Assembly: GCA_002753335.1 (NCBI GenBank)
Contig: PEAD01000019.1
Coordinates: forward strand, 1 to 58,523
Source of the DNA: Nitrospirae bacterium MYbin3
GTDB lineage: Bacteria > Nitrospirota > Thermodesulfovibrionia > Thermodesulfovibrionales > Dissulfurispiraceae
Direction of reading: 5' to 3'
DNA length: 58,523 bases
Shown piece by piece: positions 11,561 to 20,816 of this stretch. A program made the position numbers and the translations under genes. Position 1 is the first letter of the stretch; each line of letters begins with the position of its first letter. The notes beneath the pieces were generated by a model, which was not told the DNA's origin, did no database searches, and saw nothing but the letters and a program-made list of their open reading frames with translations.

Positions 11561-11880
11561 TTTTCAGTCCCTTCCAATAATTCACTATCCAGCAACCGAG
11601 TTCCATGCAGCACTCGCAGGATAATTACCCTGTTCCCTGTAATCTTAAAAATGGTTCGGTAATTTCCGGATATCAAATGGCGATAGGCAGTACCGAGCAG
11701 CTCGTTTTCAGGAATAAGCGGGCAGCGCTCTGGGAAGTTCTCAAGCGTGACTATCTGCTCTTCCAGACGCAGGACAAAGGCAGTAGCAGCTTCAGGCTTG
11801 TCGTGGGGGATATACTCCCATATTTCGGAGACATCCTCCTCAGCGGTTGAGGTTATGTTAACGCTGTATTTTTTTGTCAC
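11557..11880 (-). CDS. RelE/ParE family type II toxin
   Basis: ~107 aa; AEED..EIWEYI, LENFPERCP, YRTIF...VIILRVLHG. GTG at 11880 chosen as start; the ORF track extends to 11898. Confidence 0.85.
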   Translation of the reverse strand: MTKKYSVNITSTAEEDVSEIWEYIPHDKPEAATAFVLRLEEQIVTLENFPERCPLIPENELLGTAYRHLISGNYRTIFKITGNRVIILRVLHGTRLLDSELLEGTEK

Positions 11881-12145
11881 GCTTGAACTCTTTGACAAAA
11901 GTCCGCGCAGAGCGGGTGCGACCGCTTTCTATATCGAGTTCCGCCGGGGCGAGCAGCTTTGAAAGATTTGCCGCCCGCAGATGTTTCTCGTAAACATGCA
12001 CGTCCATCAATACGGAGTCAGCCCTGCCGTTGACCGTCAAAACAACCGGTCGTCCGGTAGCATGAATATGGTCAAGAATATCGCGGGTATTTCGCTTCAG
12101 GTCAGTTACGGAGCGGATATCTTCCGATGGACTCATCTGTGTCAT
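11858..12145 (-). CDS. Phd/YefM family antitoxin
   Basis: IRSVTDLKRN...GRPVVLTVNGR; directly upstream of the toxin; AGGAGG RBS. Confidence 0.88.
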   Translation of the reverse strand: MTQMSPSEDIRSVTDLKRNTRDILDHIHATGRPVVLTVNGRADSVLMDVHVYEKHLRAANLSKLLAPAELDIESGRTRSARTFVKEFKRDKKIQR

Positions 12146-12178
12146 TGTGCGCCTCCTATGATGCTTAATTTCATACTA

Positions 12179-12207
12179 AATATAGCACTATTTATAATGT
12201 TCTGCAA
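12179..12207 (-). promoter_or_regulatory. Putative sigma70 promoter of the Phd/RelE-acpS unit
   Basis: Minus strand TTGCAG-N17-TATATT with a TG extension. Confidence 0.5.
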
Positions 12208-12238
12208 CTGCTGCCCATTTCTTTGTCAAGCCAACACT

Positions 12239-13645
12239 TCATTTTACAACCTCTGCCGTAAACGAATACAACTGAGCGGTTCTCCATGCATCCGGAGGCA
12301 GTCCGGCCTTTTGAGAAAGCTGTTCAAGAAATGTATTCACATTCCACTTCAACTCTTCCGCAACCTGAGGCAGCAACAATCCGCTCCTGTCGCCCTTGAC
12401 GATTACAAGGCCATGTTTTCCTACAACTATATTTTTAATATCATTTAACGGTTCTATGGGAGACAATATCGTAACCTCAACCTCGATATCTTTCAACTCA
12501 TTTTTTGTCATCGGCGTGAAACGAGGGTCTCTTACTGCAGCAGATATTGCGTTTGTGATAACCGATTTGTAAAGCGGCATAATCGGCTGTGTATTGCCTA
12601 TGCAGCCGCGCAGTTCACCATGTTTTTTTATGGTCACGAAGGTGGCGCCGTTTGCAAGCATATTGGGATTCGTAATATTCAGCTCAGGCGTTTTTCCGGT
12701 CGACACATAATTACTCACCGTCTTTTTGGCGATTTCAAGAAGCTGGGTCTTTTCTTCTTGCGTAAGAGAGGTTTTATATAGTCCCATTGCAGCGTAGCCT
12801 ACAACACGCTCTTTATCGCCGGTCACATCTCCCGAATTTGCGTATCTGTATAGTTCGCCCCGCGTGGCTCCCATATTGCGGGCAACAGCCATCGTGAAAA
12901 TTACAGGAAAACCTCCGCACATCTCTCCCTTTCCTGTCAGTAGATTCTGTTCCACCTCTTCATAAGACATCCTGAGAACAGAGTCGATAACACTGTTGTC
13001 CATCCCCCTCGCTGTTCCGTCATCATGATAATGCGACAGGTCTGTGCTTGCGATTATTATGGCGCGGGAGTCTTTACGAAGAACGTTGGTCAAAACATCT
13101 GCCAGATGGCGGAATGATTCTCTCGTAGGAGTTCCCACAAGCACAGGCACTATCGTAAAGTTTTTCAGGCTGCGCTGAAGAAACGGCAGCTGCACTTCAA
13201 GAGAATGCTCTTTTTCGAACGCGCTCGCATCAAAGAAAACATTAGCCTTCTCATCAAGAAGCAGCTTTGCCAACTTTTCGTTGATTTTTATCTTGCCAAG
13301 CGGAGTGCGCATACTGCCTTTTGCATAAACAGAAACGCCTGTGTACGCCTTGTGATGGCTTGCACCTATAAGTATTACGGTATTTATGTCAGAATCCTGA
13401 ATCTGCTTATATGTGTAAGCGGCTACATGACCAGAATACTGATACCCGGCATGCGGCGATATTAAAGCGATGGGGCGGCCAGCAGACTTAGATTTTTCGG
13501 CCTTTGATAAAAAACCATCAACCATTTCTCGAACTATCTTTTCTTCAGCAGGATAAAAGCTTCCGGCAACAGCAGGCTCTTTTACGCTTTCTGAACATGC
13601 CGGCACAAGCAGCATAACCACTAACAAAAACGCGCTAAACTTCAT
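12239..13645 (-). CDS. AmmeMemoRadiSam protein B (MEMO1-like) fused to protein A (AMMECR1-like), with signal/lipoprotein-like N-terminus
   Basis: PAVAGSFYP, PHAGYQYSG, EHSLEVQLPFLQ, STDLSHY, MCG; then GATFVT, LRGCIG, DPRF, GLLLPQV. ATG at 13645 follows GGAGG. Confidence 0.9.
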   Translation of the reverse strand: MKFSAFLLVVMLLVPACSESVKEPAVAGSFYPAEEKIVREMVDGFLSKAEKSKSAGRPIALISPHAGYQYSGHVAAYTYKQIQDSDINTVILIGASHHKAYTGVSVYAKGSMRTPLGKIKINEKLAKLLLDEKANVFFDASAFEKEHSLEVQLPFLQRSLKNFTIVPVLVGTPTRESFRHLADVLTNVLRKDSRAIIIASTDLSHYHDDGTARGMDNSVIDSVLRMSYEEVEQNLLTGKGEMCGGFPVIFTMAVARNMGATRGELYRYANSGDVTGDKERVVGYAAMGLYKTSLTQEEKTQLLEIAKKTVSNYVSTGKTPELNITNPNMLANGATFVTIKKHGELRGCIGNTQPIMPLYKSVITNAISAAVRDPRFTPMTKNELKDIEVEVTILSPIEPLNDIKNIVVGKHGLVIVKGDRSGLLLPQVAEELKWNVNTFLEQLSQKAGLPPDAWRTAQLYSFTAEVVK

Positions 13646-13760
13646 CCGCACTCCTCCAAAACCTTGCCCTTACAGGCTTTTCATCATAAAGAAACTTTTT
13701 AAACAAAAAGCCTGCGAATCCGCCCACAGCAAAGAAAAAAATCAAATCACGCCGCGTCAT
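13635..13760 (-). CDS. Small 41-aa twin-arginine-like membrane peptide (not in ORF track)
   Basis: Read manually: MTRRDLIFFFAVGGFAGFLFKKFLYDEKPVRARFWRSADEV*. Starts 2 nt after the amrS stop and overlaps the next start. Confidence 0.6.
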   Translation of the reverse strand: MTRRDLIFFFAVGGFAGFLFKKFLYDEKPVRARFWRSADEV

Positions 13761-13762
13761 AA

Positions 13763-14752
13763 TTACCCCCAGACTCCAGCGATCTTTGCTCTGCAAAAAC
13801 CGCACCCGCCGTTTATTATATTATTCTGCTTTATAAAATAAATCTCACGCTCTATAAGAAGCTTCTTGCATTTGGGGCAGTATGTGTTTTCGGCATCGCT
13901 GCGTGCGTTTCCGACATAAACATATTTAAGCCCAGCATCAAGAGCCGTTTTCCGCACAGACATCAAAGTTTCAATAGGTGTAGGCGGCAGATTTTTAAGT
14001 TTGTAATTCGGATGGAACCTCGAAAAATGTATCGGAACATCAGTGCCTAAATTCTTGGCTATCCATCCACACATCTCTTTTATTTTACCTAAATCATCGT
14101 TAAGCGTGGGAATCACCAGATTGGTTATCTCAAGCCAGACCCCGCTTTCTTTAAGCGATACAAGTGAATCAAGAACAGGTTTCAGCCTGCCGCCGCATAT
14201 CCTGCTGTAAAACTCTTCGGTGAAAGCCTTTAAATCAACATCCGCAGCGTCCATATATCTCGCGAGTTCTTTAAGCGGCTTTTTAGTCATATAGCCGCAG
14301 GTGTGCATGGTATTCTTTATGCCGTAGCGCTTCGCAAGCACCGCGGTGTCGTACATGTATTCATAAAAAACAGCAGGCTCTGTGTATGTGTATGTAATCG
14401 AGCGGCAGCCGTATGAATAAGCGTTCCTCACCACCTGCTCAGGCGGAAGGTCATGCACATCAACATCCTCCGGCTTTGCCTGGGATATCTGCCAGTTCTG
14501 GCAAAACTTGCAGTCCAACACGCATCCTGCTGTTGCGATAGAAAAGGCCTTCGTAGCCGGCAGAAAATGAAAGAAAGGTTTTTTCTCGATAGGGTCTATA
14601 GCTACTGCACAAGGTTTGCCATATACAAGGCTGTATAAGACTCCGTCTTTGTTAATGCGAGTGCGGCATCCTCCAACCTGATAATTGTCCAGCTCACATT
14701 CGGTTGGGCAGAGTTCACATATAACTTTGCTTCCCATCTTGGTATAACGCAA
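13763..14752 (-). CDS. amrS: AmmeMemoRadiSam system radical SAM enzyme
   Basis: CELCPTEC...C N-terminal cluster, DPIEKKPFFHF, CVLDCKFCQNWQISQ, C-terminal CPKC...CGFC; start uncertain. Confidence 0.9.
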   Translation of the reverse strand: MRYTKMGSKVICELCPTECELDNYQVGGCRTRINKDGVLYSLVYGKPCAVAIDPIEKKPFFHFLPATKAFSIATAGCVLDCKFCQNWQISQAKPEDVDVHDLPPEQVVRNAYSYGCRSITYTYTEPAVFYEYMYDTAVLAKRYGIKNTMHTCGYMTKKPLKELARYMDAADVDLKAFTEEFYSRICGGRLKPVLDSLVSLKESGVWLEITNLVIPTLNDDLGKIKEMCGWIAKNLGTDVPIHFSRFHPNYKLKNLPPTPIETLMSVRKTALDAGLKYVYVGNARSDAENTYCPKCKKLLIEREIYFIKQNNIINGGCGFCRAKIAGVWG

Positions 14753-15736
14753 TCAGGTAAAAAGCAGTACAAATTTATCGAATATTTCCTTATGAAAATG
14801 GTTTATCATGTTTTCCTTCATTATCTTAAGGGCATCAAACGGGTTGAGTTTAGCCTTGTATGAACGCTCCGCAGTCAGTGCATCATAAACATCCGCAATA
14901 CAGCCAACCCTTCCGTAAGTGTGTATCTCGTCACCTTTCAGCCTCATCGGGTAGCCTGTGCCGTCCTCGCGCTCGTGGTGCTGCATTGCGATGATAGCGC
15001 ATTCATCGGTCAAGGCATTGGCCTCTTTCATAATCTTGTAGCTCTGGTAAGGATGAATCCTCATCCTCTTCATCTCCTCGTCTGTCAACCTTCCGGGCTT
15101 ATTGATTATTGCCGGATCTACCCGTATCTTGCCCATGTCATGAAGGAAAAAACCTGCGCCGAGTTCATGCATATCATGTTTGTCAGAGCTGCCAAAAAGA
15201 GATTTGCAAAGCAATATCGACAAAACACCTACGTTCACCGAATGAGTGTACGTGTAAAAATCATGGGCAGTGATCCTAAGCAGATTCTTGGCTGTGGCCT
15301 GATCCGAAACAACAAGATTTACAACCTCGGCAATGCCGCCTTTTGCTTCTTTAATATTTTCGGCCTTGGGATCATCCAGAAGTCTCCGCATCAACTCTAC
15401 CGAAGAGCTATAGACGATAGAAGCCTTTTTCTCGGAAGTAAGATTTTTGTCATTAACCGCTTCGAGAAGCTCATCAGGCACAACATTTTTGGTCTCCCAT
15501 TTTTCTGGAGGCTTTATATCCTCTTTGCCATGCGACACCTCTTCGGCTTCTGTAAAAGGTATGCCTAAAGACGTGTCAATAGATATATCATCGAAGCCGC
15601 TCTCGATTATCCTTTTAATTTCATCTTTATACCTGATCGTAAAACGGCTGCGAAGAAAAGAATGATCCACCCATGCGCCCGGAAGTATCACATGCATTCC
15701 GATTCGGAGATTTTTTGTCTTTATCTTCTGGATCAT
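14753..15736 (-). CDS. HD-GYP domain phosphodiesterase with DUF3391-like N-terminus
   Basis: YTYTHSVNV, HDMGK, HHEREDGTGYP, DVYDALT..RSYK. Confidence 0.9.
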   Translation of the reverse strand: MIQKIKTKNLRIGMHVILPGAWVDHSFLRSRFTIRYKDEIKRIIESGFDDISIDTSLGIPFTEAEEVSHGKEDIKPPEKWETKNVVPDELLEAVNDKNLTSEKKASIVYSSSVELMRRLLDDPKAENIKEAKGGIAEVVNLVVSDQATAKNLLRITAHDFYTYTHSVNVGVLSILLCKSLFGSSDKHDMHELGAGFFLHDMGKIRVDPAIINKPGRLTDEEMKRMRIHPYQSYKIMKEANALTDECAIIAMQHHEREDGTGYPMRLKGDEIHTYGRVGCIADVYDALTAERSYKAKLNPFDALKIMKENMINHFHKEIFDKFVLLFT

Positions 15737-15746
15737 ATTTTTTATC

Positions 15747-16952
15747 TTAATCTTTTTTCAGTCGTCCGGTCAGCATGTTCATCATCATAAGGCCGTCCGA
15801 CTTAAGCTGATCATACATTCTGGCGTTCTCGATAGCCAATCCGCACATATGAGCCAGAGAGGCAGAGAACACAATATCCTCTTCAGAAAAATGGCGCGGC
15901 CTGTCAGAAAAAAGCCTCAATATTCCTATAAGCTTCCTGTTCCTTCCTTCGATAGCCAAAGTCAGCATGCTCCCTATCCCCTCTTCATCAGCCTCCTTCG
16001 GATACAGCACGCGGGAATCGGAACCAACATCATATATCACTATTGGCCCTTGTTTCAGCAGTTCCTTTATCCCTGTATCCATATCGACCGGGCCTTTGTT
16101 AAGATATTTTTCGCTCAGACCATGTGATGCAACAATATCAAGCCTTATGCCTTTTTCATCCAGAAACCTTATGGCCGCCCCTTTCAATCTCATCTCGCCC
16201 GGGATTTTCTGGACTATAAGATTCAACAGTTCATCAAGATTCAAGGCTGAACTTACCGCGCTCGACACCTCATAAAACACCCGTAAATACTCTCTTGCAC
16301 GCGACACAGTGTTTTCAAAGGTGCGGGCGTTTACTATCGCAATAGCGGCCTGCTCAGCGATAGCGGCCATGAACTTCAAATCTTCGTCCTTGTACTTGAC
16401 AGGCTCTGCCGTGTACATTCTCAGCGCACCTATCACCTCTTTTTTGAATTTTACAGGGATAGACAGTATGCTCCTTATTCCTTCCCCATCAGCCTCTGCC
16501 CTGTACTTGGAATCGGAGTCGGACATTATGTCGTATATTGATACCGCCTTGCCGGTCAGAGCGTCCTCGATGCTTTTGTCATAATCAACAGGGCCCTTGT
16601 TCACATACTTTTCTGATAACCCATAATGTGCCGCAACCTCAAGCTTCTGCGTCTCTTTATTTAGAAGCCTCAGCATGCTCGCCTTTACGCTCATAACCTT
16701 CACAACATTTGTCACCACCAGATTCAACACTTCGTCCAGAGATATGCTCGAACTTATCGCCTTGCATATATTCTGGTAGCTCTCGAGGTATAACTTCTTT
16801 TCGAATATCTTGTCCGCACAGTCAGGGCACATGCTGTGAGTGAATACGCCAAAGCCCTCGTTCGTCAGATACTGCTCTATCTGCTCCCACGACTCGTCAT
16901 GCAGGCGTATCTTTTTGCACCACGAACAGATAGGGATTAATTCTTCTTTCAT
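15747..16952 (-). CDS. Tandem GAF-domain protein with N-terminal Cys-rich domain
   Basis: IPICSWCKKIR...FTHSMCPDC, then two similar GAF repeats (each with HYGLSEKY/SHGLSEKY-NKGPVD and AI.NAR). Confidence 0.8.
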   Translation of the reverse strand: MKEELIPICSWCKKIRLHDESWEQIEQYLTNEGFGVFTHSMCPDCADKIFEKKLYLESYQNICKAISSSISLDEVLNLVVTNVVKVMSVKASMLRLLNKETQKLEVAAHYGLSEKYVNKGPVDYDKSIEDALTGKAVSIYDIMSDSDSKYRAEADGEGIRSILSIPVKFKKEVIGALRMYTAEPVKYKDEDLKFMAAIAEQAAIAIVNARTFENTVSRAREYLRVFYEVSSAVSSALNLDELLNLIVQKIPGEMRLKGAAIRFLDEKGIRLDIVASHGLSEKYLNKGPVDMDTGIKELLKQGPIVIYDVGSDSRVLYPKEADEEGIGSMLTLAIEGRNRKLIGILRLFSDRPRHFSEEDIVFSASLAHMCGLAIENARMYDQLKSDGLMMMNMLTGRLKKD

Positions 16953-16978
16953 AAGATTATTATAACCTAACGACCGGC

Positions 16979-19345
16979 CTATGCCAGCGTTACAACCGTA
17001 ACCCCGGCGCCGCCTTCGTTGGGTTCGCCTCGTCTGAACGATTTTATCAGAAGATGTCTTTTTAGATGCGTGTGTATTCCTTTGGCAAGGGCTCCTGTGC
17101 CTATTCCGTGTATTACGACTATTTCGTTTAAGCCGTCGAGAGAGGCATGGTTCAAGAAAGGCTCAAGCTGAGAAATAGCCTCCTCAACACGCATTCCCAC
17201 AAGGTTTATCCTGTATGTTTCAACAGTATCATTCTTGGAATCTTCATGTGGTCGTTTCTTTATTTCTTCCAATCGTCTTCCCTTTTTTACCGCTACATCA
17301 GTAATCGGAACCTCTATTTCCTTTCCGCCTGCGATTACCTTTATCCGATCATTTTTAAGATTTATTTCGACTATCTGAGCATCGCAGCCAAGTGTTATCA
17401 CATAAACTATATCTCCCTCGGACAAACTATCCGGCATAGCTGCATCGTCTATATTTTGAAGCTCATGCAGCTTTTTTGATGCCTCTTTCTGCAAATCTCC
17501 AATCTGTTTAAGGGAATTTTTTATAGCCGACTTTTCATTCTTTTTGATTTCTTCGAGACATGCGTTCATCTGAATCTTGGTTTCAGAAATTATTTTTATT
17601 GATTGATTATACGCATCAGCGAGAGTCTGTTTTTTAGCGGCTTCGGCCTCGGCCAATTTTTTGTCCAGCACAGCAACATTCTCTTTCAACTCCATTCTCT
17701 CGGTTGCGAGTTCGGCAATCAAATGTTCATAGTGAGACCTCTTATCGTTCAGGTCAGCTATCAGTTTGTCGAACTCCACCCTTACGCCGCCCAGCAGCCT
17801 CTTTGCCGATTCGATAATTGAGTCGGGCAGCCCATATTTGCGGGCTATTTCGAGTGCATGCGACTGTCCGGGCTCTCCTGTCCTTAAACGATAAAGAGGG
17901 GTCATGGTTTTAATGTCGAATTCCATCGAGGCGTTGATCATGCCTTCTGTCCTGTGAACGTAGCCTTTGATATCCATAAGATGGGTGGTGGAAAATACAA
18001 GCGCCCTACTTTCTCTCAGCTCACTAAGCACCGCGCAGGCTAACGCCGCGCCTTCTGCAGGGTCTGTGCCTGTGCCAAGCTCGTCTATAAGCACAAGGGT
18101 TTCTTCTGATGCAGCCTTGAGAATAGCTGATATATTGGATACATGCGCCGAGAATGTGGAGAGATTGCTTTCTATAGACTGTTCATCGCCTATGTCGATG
18201 AGAATGTCTTTTATGACAGGAAACATCGAGCCGGAATCGGCAGCCACAGGCAGGCCGGTAAGCGCCATAGCAAATAAAATTCCGATTGTTTTTATCGCAA
18301 CTGTTTTGCCGCCAGCATTTGAGCCGGTTATAACCATTACATTAGCATCTTCGCCTATCTTCACATCCAACGGCACAACAGTTCTGCCGTCATCCGTTCG
18401 AATAAACGAGATATAAAGAAGCGGATGCCTGCCGCCTATAATCGACAATCCGCCGGAGCTCTCAACCTGCGGCATATTCATATGGTAAAGAAACCCTAAC
18501 TTTGCAGCAGCATTCATTACATCAATATCCACAAGCAGATTGAACTGCAACAGGAGCTGATCGGTATTAAGGCGTATCTTGGAGCTTATCTCCCTCAGTA
18601 TGCGTATCTCTTCTGCCTTATGTTCGGCCAGAAGATTCTCGTGTTCATTGGCGTAGCTGATAATAGAAAGCGGTTCTATAAATGCGGTCTCTCCAGATTT
18701 TGATACGTCATGGACCACGCCTGATATTTCGCCTTTTGAATCCATCCTAATCGGGATGACCCATCTGCCGGACCTCATCGTGATGAAATCATCCTGAAGA
18801 AATACCGACACGCTGGAATCTTTCATTATGTCTTCAAGCTTCTTGCGTATCCGGCCCTCTATTTTTCTAATCTTCTCGCGCAGATCCGACAACAAAAACG
18901 AAGCTGAATCGAGTATATTGCCGTTTTCATCCAAAGAGCGTTTGAGAATTTTTATAAGGTCAGGAAATCCGGTCAGTGATGCACCTAAAGATGCAAGGCG
19001 AGGCAGATCCTGCCTGCTGTTTAACTCTTCATGCAACATTGTTATCATTTCGATAACCGGAATAAAAGCGGCCAACTCGCTGCCATCCAGAACAGCTCCA
19101 GCAGGTCGGGCCTTTGCAAGCAAAGGCTCAATATCCTTAAAACTCCACAGAGAAAGCTTCTGGCCCTCAGAGAATATCCGCATTATTTCCGAAACCAATT
19201 CCTGCCGCAGACGTATTTCTTCAATATGTTGGGACGGTCTCAGCGCATTCGCCTTGTTCTTCGATGCTTCACAGTGGGTGAAGTTAGAGATTATAGCAAG
19301 CAGCTTTGGAAAATCGAGGAGCCCGAGAGACTGTTCATTTATCAT
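16979..19345 (-). CDS. mutS2: Endonuclease MutS2
   Basis: ITGSNAGGKT, DIGDEQSIE.NLSTFS.H, DELGTGTDP.EG, and a C-terminal Smr domain (HGIGTG). Confidence 0.95.
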   Translation of the reverse strand: MINEQSLGLLDFPKLLAIISNFTHCEASKNKANALRPSQHIEEIRLRQELVSEIMRIFSEGQKLSLWSFKDIEPLLAKARPAGAVLDGSELAAFIPVIEMITMLHEELNSRQDLPRLASLGASLTGFPDLIKILKRSLDENGNILDSASFLLSDLREKIRKIEGRIRKKLEDIMKDSSVSVFLQDDFITMRSGRWVIPIRMDSKGEISGVVHDVSKSGETAFIEPLSIISYANEHENLLAEHKAEEIRILREISSKIRLNTDQLLLQFNLLVDIDVMNAAAKLGFLYHMNMPQVESSGGLSIIGGRHPLLYISFIRTDDGRTVVPLDVKIGEDANVMVITGSNAGGKTVAIKTIGILFAMALTGLPVAADSGSMFPVIKDILIDIGDEQSIESNLSTFSAHVSNISAILKAASEETLVLIDELGTGTDPAEGAALACAVLSELRESRALVFSTTHLMDIKGYVHRTEGMINASMEFDIKTMTPLYRLRTGEPGQSHALEIARKYGLPDSIIESAKRLLGGVRVEFDKLIADLNDKRSHYEHLIAELATERMELKENVAVLDKKLAEAEAAKKQTLADAYNQSIKIISETKIQMNACLEEIKKNEKSAIKNSLKQIGDLQKEASKKLHELQNIDDAAMPDSLSEGDIVYVITLGCDAQIVEINLKNDRIKVIAGGKEIEVPITDVAVKKGRRLEEIKKRPHEDSKNDTVETYRINLVGMRVEEAISQLEPFLNHASLDGLNEIVVIHGIGTGALAKGIHTHLKRHLLIKSFRRGEPNEGGAGVTVVTLA

Positions 19346-19425
19346 CGTTTAAGCTTATCAAATGGTGCAATGCACAGTAAACCTTGTTATAATTTGAGAA
19401 GTTTAGCGTATCAAGGAGGATCAGC

Positions 19426-20028
19426 ATGGTCAAATACAACGGAATCAATCATCTTGCGCTTGTTACTGGCGACATGGACAAAACCATAAGGTTCTGGAGA
19501 GACCTGCTCGGCTTCAGGCTGATTGTGGGCATGGGCTCAACCGGGTACAAACATTATTTTTTCGAGGTTTCGGACAAAGACATGATAGCCTTTTTTGAGT
19601 GGAATGATGTTGAGCCTTTGCATGAAAAAGAGCACGGCAGACCGGCATCAGGCAGGATCGCCTTCGATCATGTTTCTATCGGAGTTGAAACCGAAGATGA
19701 CCTGTATGAAATTAAAGACAGGCTTGATGCTGCCGACATATGGGTTTCGGAAGTTATCGACCACGGATTCATACATTCTATTTATTCTTTCGACCCCAAC
19801 GGAATAGCCATAGAATTCAGCCGCAGCATTTCCGAAAATGATGTACGCGGCAAACCCAAGATTGTTGATAAAAACCCCTCGGCCATTACACTCGAAGGCT
19901 CTGAACCACAACATGGCAAATGGCCTGAAATTGAAACGACTAGTCCTGAAGAAAACCGAAGAGCTTACAGAGGCGCAGGAAGCGAACTTTTTCAGGGCAA
20001 AAAGATACCCAACCGGCTTGACGATTGA
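19426..20028 (+). CDS. VOC/glyoxalase family protein
   Basis: GINHLALVT.DM..T..FW, FDHVS, SIYSFDPNGIAIEF; AGGAGG RBS; TGnTATAAT at 19385-19393. Confidence 0.85.
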   Translation: MVKYNGINHLALVTGDMDKTIRFWRDLLGFRLIVGMGSTGYKHYFFEVSDKDMIAFFEWNDVEPLHEKEHGRPASGRIAFDHVSIGVETEDDLYEIKDRLDAADIWVSEVIDHGFIHSIYSFDPNGIAIEFSRSISENDVRGKPKIVDKNPSAITLEGSEPQHGKWPEIETTSPEENRRAYRGAGSELFQGKKIPNRLDD

Positions 20029-20053
20029 AAACAATCTTCTTTATGGTTATAAT
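20025..20053 (+). promoter_or_regulatory. Putative sigma70 promoter for the repeat-protein gene
   Basis: TTGAAA (20025-20030)-N17-TATAAT (20048-20053). Confidence 0.55.
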
Positions 20054-20091
20054 TGATTAACTTTAATGATTATATCTTCAGGAGGCAATAT

Positions 20092-20808
20092 ATGACTATT
20101 GTAAAAAGAGCTTTGAAAAACTTAACCGGAGTCGTGATAATATTTTCTGCAACATTGCTTCTTGCTGCCGGACTTGCTTACGCAGAAAAGACAACCACCG
20201 TCACCGCAAAAAATGAGTTTGGCGGCAAAACAACCAAAACAGTTTTTGTCCAGGGAGATAAAAATTCAGAAATGTTTGCCGAGCATTTAGTTTATTACAA
20301 TGCCGAAGGCCGGAAAGCAAAAGAAGAATATTCATACACCGACAAAATAAAGACAGAGCGCGGCTTTAAAAGAGCTGCCGCATACTATAATCCTGCCACC
20401 GAAAAGGTAGCAAAACAGGAATACGAATATACGGATGCTGTATCTTCAACCAGCGGGCTTGCAAAGAACATAGACCATTACGGAAGCGCCGGCACGTTTG
20501 TGAGACGAGAGGCTATCTACACCGAAAAATATGCAAATGCTAACGCCATGATAAAGCATATTGATTATTACGAAAGCAACAGGATTGCCTATCGCGAATA
20601 CTATTACACAGACAAGCATGCCGAAACAAAGGGCTACTATAAGTTTACGGTAACCTACGGAGCTGCAAACGTCGTTGCTACAAGAGCGTTTGACTACACC
20701 GAAAAATATGCAAAAGAAAGCGGCTATGACAAGCTGATAAATTATTTTGATGCAACAGGTAAACAAATCAAGCAGGAATTCTACAAAAACAATAAACTTG
20801 TAAAATAA
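20092..20808 (+). CDS. Exported protein with ~30-aa Tyr-rich tandem repeats (MORN-variant-like)
   Basis: ATG at 20092 after AGGAGG; signal peptide ending LAYA; YT[DE]x recurs about every 30 aa. Confidence 0.75.
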   Translation: MTIVKRALKNLTGVVIIFSATLLLAAGLAYAEKTTTVTAKNEFGGKTTKTVFVQGDKNSEMFAEHLVYYNAEGRKAKEEYSYTDKIKTERGFKRAAAYYNPATEKVAKQEYEYTDAVSSTSGLAKNIDHYGSAGTFVRREAIYTEKYANANAMIKHIDYYESNRIAYREYYYTDKHAETKGYYKFTVTYGAANVVATRAFDYTEKYAKESGYDKLINYFDATGKQIKQEFYKNNKLVK

Positions 20809-20816
20809 CTACTACT

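Noticed and set aside
19365..19375. Palindrome GTGCA-A-TGCAC between mutS2 and the VOC gene
   Set aside because: 5-bp arms occur by chance and no cognate regulator is evident
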